This document shows positions 56,593 to 64,000 of a stretch of DNA of 64,000 nucleotides, piece after piece; position 1 is the first letter of the stretch; the number at the start of each line of letters is the position of its first letter. Source of the stretch: Azolla caroliniana. Its lineage: Eukaryota > Plantae > Polypodiophyta. The notes below the pieces were generated by a model. That model was given only the letters and a program-made list of their open reading frames with translations, was not told where the DNA came from and ran no database searches. The stretch is taken from contig JBHGNT010000001.1 in assembly GCA_043228905.1 (NCBI GenBank), positions 5,518,001 through 5,582,000 on the forward strand, in the 5' to 3' direction. A program made the position numbers and the translations under genes.

Positions 56593-57462
56593 GGTAGCTA
56601 GGCCACACCCACTCATCCTATTAGCTTAGTTCAAGTCACCTTGAACTCTCTATGCTCCAAACATAAACACAAAGGCTTTTGCTCTCCCTTATATATGGTG
56701 AGATCCTTATTTGTTCTGTCTATGTGGGATAACTCACAGTTTTATCTTTCTCTTTTCCTTTACAAACTTCCTACCCACATAACTTGAGACTTAGATGTTC
56801 GTTTCTTATATAGTAAAGTGCATTTTAAAGCTCTTGAAGACCTCCATCTACTTGTACTAAGATATTAAACTTATTTAAAATAGTATTTTCACTATTTTTT
56901 TTTATATGATTCATACTCGATTTCATATATTTTATGCGATTTCACACCATTGTTGAAAATCTTCATGACAACGTGCATTCGCATTCTCGAATCGAGTATG
57001 GTAAACACCCTAGAAGAATGGTAAATACTATACGTTTGGATTAACTATTTATTATGAGGTAAACAAACAAAAAAAAAAGGAAAAAAACAAAAAAAAGGGG
57101 GAAAAAAAACACAAGAATGTTTGAAAAACATTCGCATTCGTTTTCCAACATAGGAAAACGAATGTTATGCTAGACGAACACAAATTTTACGTACTATGCA
57201 AGTTTGTTTGATGAAGAATTCAAGACTCATTTCAAAATGTTTAAGCTCGCCAAAAGAGAAGAAGCCCTAACATTGTATCAATATAGAAGAATGGTGAGGA
57301 GAAAGAAGAGGCAAAATTATCAAATGCAAGAAAGGAAGAAAAAATAAATTAAACTCCAACTGAAGCTAATATAAAGACAATTCAAGGGGGAAAAGAAGCT
57401 ATAATGGGTGAATTTATCGTTGAAGAGATGGAACAATATGTGCATAAGATCAACCATATTAG

Positions 57463-57735
57463 AAAACATGGTAGTTCTACACCCTTTGGAATGACATAGA
57501 GTCATCAACCTTATCTTGCCTCACAACTATCTTGAGCCCAAAGGAAGTAAATGCAAAAGAAGTAAGCTTACCTAAAAGGCTATATTGGATATGGATGAAA
57601 AACCATACCAAAAAACATGGTAGTTCTACATCCTTTGGAAGGACATAAGAACATCAAACTTATCTTGCCTCACGACTAGGTTGAGCCCAAAGGAAGTAAG
57701 CTTACCTATAAAGATTATATTGGAGATGAATGAAG
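57463..57735. repeat. Tandem duplication, 2 x ~140 bp
   Basis: aaaacatggtagttctaca.cctttggaa.gacata..cttatcttgcctcac.acta..ttgagcccaaaggaagtaa occurs twice. Confidence 0.85.
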
Positions 57736-59868
57736 AACTTTTGACTTGTGAGACGCTAAAATTCACTCAAGCGAAGAACGGGATGTACGCGCCATTAATA
57801 GAAGCATAAAACGCTTGATCCAATACTCCTCAAGCATGCAATACAAATTGAGCGAGAGGTGGCATCTCTTGGGGCTATGGGATGGGATAACATGACTAAT
57901 TTGACATGTTTATCTCTCATTCAGCGTTTGTTAGATTTCATTTCTAAGCAAAAGCACATAATTTGTGGATCACATTAGTTTGATCAACCCGTTTAAAGGC
58001 ATTAATGCCCTTCTTCACACACACACACACACACACACACAAATATCATCATACATGCATTGTCGGTGATATAGTATATTATGTAAGGTTTTATAACAAA
58101 ATTTATCACATTTTCAAGGTCTCACAAGTATTACATTTAAAACCATGAGGATATATCAAATTTTGATATCAACAAATCTTTACTTTTCTTGGAAATTTCC
58201 AACATGTCACTAAAAGCTCCCATTATCTCTCATTAGTTCATGATCTCCTCCTTTAAAATCTCATGTTGTCATTAAAGGCATTAGAACCATTCATTTGTTC
58301 AATAATCTATCATCCTGGAATATTGTCATAATGATTGATGTAAACAGTAAAATGTGGGCTTTGTGAAGATATTGCCTTGTTTTAATATCAAGGATATGCA
58401 AATAGGTTCACACAAATAAATACTTCCTCATACATTAGAAATTCACATTTGTTTGGGTTTGTGAAATATCTTTGGTGTTCACAAGATTTACGTGTAAATT
58501 AAGAAACAAAGTATTAAAAAGTGAAGGGATAAAAACCTTGGAAAAGGAAAAAAATACTATTAAAGTAGGGAACGAGAGTGCACCAGTTTGGAAACTTCGG
58601 AAGCTAACCTAATGGTATATTTGAAAGAATCGATGTGTGCATGACACACAAAATGACGAATTCTAGTGGGATTATTTGTGTGCTAATTTAGAAGCAAAGC
58701 AAGCCAATCCCCAAAGGAACTATTTTTATTTGCATCTCTCATGGAATGCAATACATATGTAAATGCCACAAACGAAGACCACCCCTTCCTTCAAAGGCAC
58801 AAATGTTAATGAAACCCTCTTTCGTTCATCTCTATGAAGACGCGGTAACTTCTTTAACTCTCACAACCACAATCAGCTTTACCCCTCACGATCAAAATCA
58901 CTCTTAGTTCAATTTGATGACAATTTGTTTGTTTTCTCTTCATCTTGCTTCAACGATTATATACACTCGGGATCTTCATTTTTTCTTCCAACATTGATCT
59001 AAACATACCATAAATCATGCACGCGGTAAACATCTAGGTATTATTCAATTAGCATGCCAAAATCTCAATTTCTGGGCAAGTAGATAGGACATTACAATGG
59101 GTGGTTCCATCAAGAGTACTTATTGTAATGTGAAAAGTAAGAATTTGTACGTTCTTTGGTTCCTCTTGATTTCACTAAATTCAATGGTTAATACCTTTTT
59201 CTCCCCTTGCACTTGTCATGTAATGACCATTCATCTCCATCATTTTCACGGTACAAGGCAAAGATAATTTTGGATGGTTTTATGTAACTTTAACAACTCA
59301 ACAATTGTAATACCTAAAATATACAATGTAATTGATAGTAGGTAATTGAATGTACCAAAGTAAATGAAAGACAACTAGGATGCATAAATGGAGGTTGAAA
59401 GTAAATTGATATGCATATTAGGTAGGTAGAAAGTAGTAATACTCATAGATTCATTCATTTTATATGACAAGTACAATCGTAGCACTTAAGAAAAGGAAAC
59501 ATTCACAACATTTGGCTTGGTGTTGGGCAAAATGTAAGTGTGTAAAGAAGGCACGGTACAAGATGAGTTTATCCAATGATCCCAAAACAAGTACGCAGAA
59601 ACAGAGAACTCACCAATCCCACTGTCCAGATGAGCTCTTGTACTATCCAAACCAGCACACCGTGAATGAATTAACCAACAATACTTATATAAATTATGAG
59701 CTTGAAAATGCCTCCAAGACATTGAATTTTGAGAACAAACATAAATGTGGGTTACAAAAGACCGAGGCAAAGGAGCGCTAGGGATCAGTTTCAACGATCC
59801 TAACAGCCATTCACATCGTATGTGTGTAAAAAAATATGTGCGTGCAACATTGGTTGGTTGCCATTGGA

Positions 59869-61185
59869 TCAATTCCCTTCAAAGTTATGAATAAGTTGTC
59901 GGAAGTGTTGCATATGGTTGGGGGAGAGAGTAATGCTGAGGAGCATGGACAAGGAAGGGTGGGAGTGGGGCGGGGGAGGGAGGAGGTACGCGAGGCCCTC
60001 AAACGGAACGCCAGCGGGGCCCATCCACACGGGTCTACCCCACCCGAACTCGGTGTCGTAAATGGGGAGCCGGACCCAACTAGTGATGCCCAAGTTGGGG
60101 GTGCGGAACGTGTGGGCGCCACGGGCCAAGGATGTGATGTCGGGTTGGAGCTCGAGATAGTCGATGGCCGAGCGTAGGTACTCATCGTTCATGTTACGGA
60201 GGGTGGAGCGGATGGCGTGAGCCGTGTCCGCCAGTGGGCATTCCACGAGGTCGTGGACGGTCCTCATGGGCGTGGCCGTAAATATCGCGTTCCCGAAATA
60301 GACCTCGGGGAGGGGAGGCCGGAGCCGGTTCCTCCCGTCCGTCGCGATATAGAGCTTGCTCATTTGGTCGGGCCGTAGGCCCCGCGCCAGAGACACACAG
60401 CGCCACACGTGCGCCGACAACACCTCGTAGCTAGTCAATGGCCACTTCCCATCCCCATCCCCATCTCTGTTGTTGCTGCTGCTGTCCTGGCTATGCCCAT
60501 TGCCTCTTGCTGCTGCCTTGGTGGGATCAAGCTGCCCCTCATGCTTCGTGTCCATTAATGACACCTTCCTCTTCAATTGCTCCAGCTGCTCCTTTGTAAA
60601 CACAAACAGATCAGATGCAATCTCACTTCCATCACCACCGCCATCACTGCAGATCTCTTTTTGCAGCGGCAGCGCACGAAGAAGGAGCTCCTCCCTTTCC
60701 TTCCAATACGCTTCCTGCAAACGGGCCCCGTCCTTGGCCATGGCCGCCTTGCTCTTATTCTTCTGATGGAGATGATGGTGCTCCTCCTCCTCCTCCTCCT
60801 CCTTCTTGAGGAGAGGTGGAGGGGTTTGATACTCGACATGCTGAAAGACAGGGTTTGGTGGGTCTCTGGCCTTGAGGAGGGTCCGGTCGAAGAAGATGGA
60901 GGGTGGAGGGGGCACAGCAGCATTCATCCTCATCCTCGCACGTCCTCCGCCTTCTCTTGCTTCGCTTACGCTTGCTCTGCAGACCTGGCCCCAATAGTTG
61001 AGGAAGCTAAGGGCAGCCATGCCATCGGCCACGTGGTGCTGGACGCCCACACCCAATGACACCCCACCGCACTTGAAGAAAGTTACCTACACACACACAC
61101 ACATTTCCATTCCATTCCATTCAAATCAATGAGAATGGTGTAATCAGATCATTCTGGTTGGTTAGACAGGCAGACAGACAGACAG

Positions 61186-61238
<53 letters not shown>

Positions 61239-61783
61239 ACCTGGATGATGAGGAGAGGATAGGTGTGCTCTGCATCGTAATCGATATGTGGGATGAGTCG
61301 CCTCATCTCCATGGAAGGTGTGAAGAGCTCCCCGTATTCGCTGATGCATCCATCCGCCATAGCTTCAACAAACAGGACACCTTCTCCATTACAGTCGATA
61401 TCCACCCTTCTCTTCCGCACTCGGCCCTGTCCATCTCCTCCTCCTCCTCCTCCTGCTGCTGCTGCTGCTGGTAGAGGTGTCACCTCCTTCTCCTCCTCCA
61501 CCACTTTCAGCCTCCCTGCCAAGGGGTAGAATGGGACCAATGCCCGGGCCAGGGACTGTTTGAGGAGCTCACAGGAGAAGAAGTCGGGGGAGGCGTCGTG
61601 GTTCCGGAAGAAATAGACACTGGGGGTGTGGATCCTGGGTATGACAAGGTCTATGTTGGAGTTCCATATAACGGTGCTTCCATGAGGGGTAGGAACTGCA
61701 GCAGCAGAAGAAGCACTAGTAGTGATGGTAGAAGGAGCAGAGGAGGGTTTCACAAGGGTGGAGCTCTGGATGCTAATCTTCAT
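59869..61783 (-). CDS. HCT: Hydroxycinnamoyl-CoA:shikimate/quinate hydroxycinnamoyltransferase-like BAHD, 2 exons, ~586 aa
   Basis: Exon 1 is 61241-61783 (WNSNIDLVIPRIHTPSVYFFR, ALVPFYPLAGRL, YPLLIIQ), then the phase-0 Q intron. Exon 2 is 59869-61086 (HHVADG, DRTLLKARDPP, HVEYQ, KLYIATDGR, YFGNAIFTATP, RGAHTF..PNLGITSW, EFGWGRP..MGP). Confidence 0.92.
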
Positions 61784-61796
61784 GGCCAAAACACAG

Positions 61797-61838
<42 letters not shown>

Positions 61839-63092
61839 AGGGAGCAGAGGAGGTCTTACTTATTATTATTATTTGGTTTGTTCTGAATGTTGGCGTGGTT
61901 GTAAGGAAGAGATCTAATCTAATGTTTGTAGTATGTATGTATGTATATACCAGCAAGGGATTGAATGAAGAACACAGAGAGAGAGAGAGAGACAGAGAGA
62001 GAGAGAAAGGGGGGGGGGGGGGGGGGGAGAATTCAAAGTACAAAGTGGCAGTTAATGAATGATGAGTACACACACAAACACGTACATATGTACATATAAT
62101 ATATATATGTATGTATGTAATCTATATGTGTGAACTTGAGTCTATAGAAATTTAGATATAGATAGATATAGGTGAGCAAACCCCGTGATTTTGTAATATG
62201 TAGTAAGTAAGTAAAAGCAGCATTGTTGGTGGGGTTTGATTCCCTTCCCCCCCCCCAACCCAAACAAAAAAAACATAGCCCTCTCTCATATTCATCCCAT
62301 GTATGCATGTCTCATGTTTCTAATCAGCCTTCTCGTTCACTAAACGTGTAGTTGTAGTTGAGTACACATTTATTTACATGTACCCTCACTTTGGTTATGC
62401 GGGACAGGACTGTACTCTATCCCCCATTTATTTCGTCTATTTCACCCTGTCGTCCTTTTATGCATGCCACTCTAAATAAAGACTTGGAACCAAAGGTGTT
62501 AAACGTGATGATGTCGACGCCTTTGGGATGTACGATCATGTGTATGTGGTGATGTCTCCAAGACTTTAGAGAAGTACATAAGACGTTGGAGAGCAAGCCC
62601 CGCATTTGAGAAGTTCACATTGTCACGAAGTATGTATATTTTGTTGTGCTTGAGGTTTTGAGAAATTGTGTTAAAGTTCGTGTAGTTACAAATAGCTTGA
62701 TGAATGATTTGGGATTCTAATACATTATTAAGGAAGCCCCTTTTCTATCAATAGATTCCCTAATTAAAGAGAGAGCAAAAAAAAACCATTGAAACCCTAA
62801 CCCGAACTCATGCAAATGAGGAGAAATAGAGAAAGTGGGTTGGGGGGACAAAGCAAAGCCCAAAAGGTTAAAGAGATATCAATAAAAACAAAACCCCTCG
62901 ATCCTAACACTAACTCCCCGAAAGAGAGAGAGAGAGTGAGGTGGAACCTATATTTTGTCATGCATTTAAACTCATCATTTATTAGAAAAATAATAACATT
63001 TAACGATCTGATCCATGCATACCATCCCGTGACCACGCGATTAACTGAATCCATGCAAACCACCATATGACCACTTGAGCCACCAAATCCAT

Positions 63093-63270
63093 GCTGACCA
63101 CCGACATCCAACCCCTTGTGAATATAATCCACACCCATCACCTACCAATAAGAATTAAGAGTGTGCACCTATCAAATACACTGACCACCGACATCCAACC
63201 CCTTGTGAATATAATCCACACCCATCACCTACCAATAAGAATTAAGAGCGTGCACCTATCAAATACACTG
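63093..63270. repeat. Near-perfect tandem duplication, 2 x 88 bp
   Basis: ctgaccaccgacatccaaccccttgtgaatataatccacacccatcacctaccaataagaattaagag.gtgcacctatcaaataca starts at 63093 and 63181. Confidence 0.92.
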
Positions 63271-64000
63271 ATACGAGGTAAGAGCTTTGAGAGATAGGTG
63301 GGTGAGAGAAAATGGCCTCTCCAAGCGTGGTCCAACAAAGACTTGAACTTCCAAACTCTATATGTACCAACAACAACTTGCTTTAACCAACCCACCAAAA
63401 ACTTTCATTTTTGAACTATTTCCTTTTACTATAAATTTACATAGTCATGCATTCTTATTGTTTTCTTGTCACAAACCCACAACTTCACAACATGTAGAAT
63501 ATACTTGTAATTCTTTTAAAAAAACTAAGGACAGTTCATTCATGAGCAAGGGTTCTTTTGCAAAACAATCAAACTCTATAAACTAAAATATTACGACAAG
63601 ACACTTGAGTTAAGTTAAATGCTATTGTAATATTGACATGGGACTTTTTAACTCCACTTGAGGATCTTGCACTTAAAAAATTTGACTCGTTTGACAAGCC
63701 TTATCTATGGATGAAATAAAAGCTTTAATAAAAAGCATGGACACACGGTTTTATGATGGCTTTAAGTTACTTGATATGTCTAAGGTGCATGGTAGAAATA
63801 AACTTTTCTGGATATAACCGTGAAGGAGGATCTAATAAACCTTAGACTAGATTTAAACCTTTGGCCAAGCATAATAAAATACTTGTGATCTTATCATTTG
63901 AGTGAATGGGATCAAAGGCTTTTAAGGAGTCTAGTCTTTAGATATCAGGGCAGGTAAAGAAGATCAAAGAATTTATAGGAGCACTATCATTAGGGCTTGA

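Noticed and set aside
59811-62073. Numerous overlapping ORFs around HCT (likewise around BAHD exon 1, SCCPDH and VCCN)
   Set aside because: They are alternative-frame or antisense products of GC-rich coding sequence and microsatellites.
61860-62270. AC-element/SMRE MYB sites upstream of HCT (e.g. ACCAAAT at 61871-61877)
   Set aside because: Single 7-mers are expected by chance, and they cannot be supported without conservation data.

Overview
Eukaryotic land-plant nuclear DNA. The PLS-PPR motif style and the abundant microsatellites look fern-like, but that is inference only. I hand-built splice models for nine protein-coding genes, all on the minus strand: arginyl-tRNA--protein transferase ATE1 (6 coding exons), a DCR-like BAHD acyltransferase, a PLS-class PPR with an eroded E domain, a P-class PPR, a bestrophin-like VCCN/UPF0187 channel, an uncharacterised multi-exon gene with a possible ApaG-like remnant, an intronless saccharopine-dehydrogenase-like oxidoreductase, tRNA-dihydrouridine synthase DUS2 (9 exons) and an HCT-type BAHD acyltransferase. 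The ORF track cannot show the best non-coding signal: a minus-strand polycistronic box C/D snoRNA cluster at about 38.4-38.7 kb, with U32/snR40-like and U44/snoR18-like 18S guides, behind a tandemly triplicated TATA/telo-box/TCP-site promoter. Mobile elements include an RTE-X-like LINE in an ATE1 intron, several L1 remnants, a ~1.07 kb internally deleted Ty3/gypsy element with both LTRs, MITEs, a solo-LTR-like segment and many short tandem duplications. All family calls come from motif recognition by eye; no database search was run.
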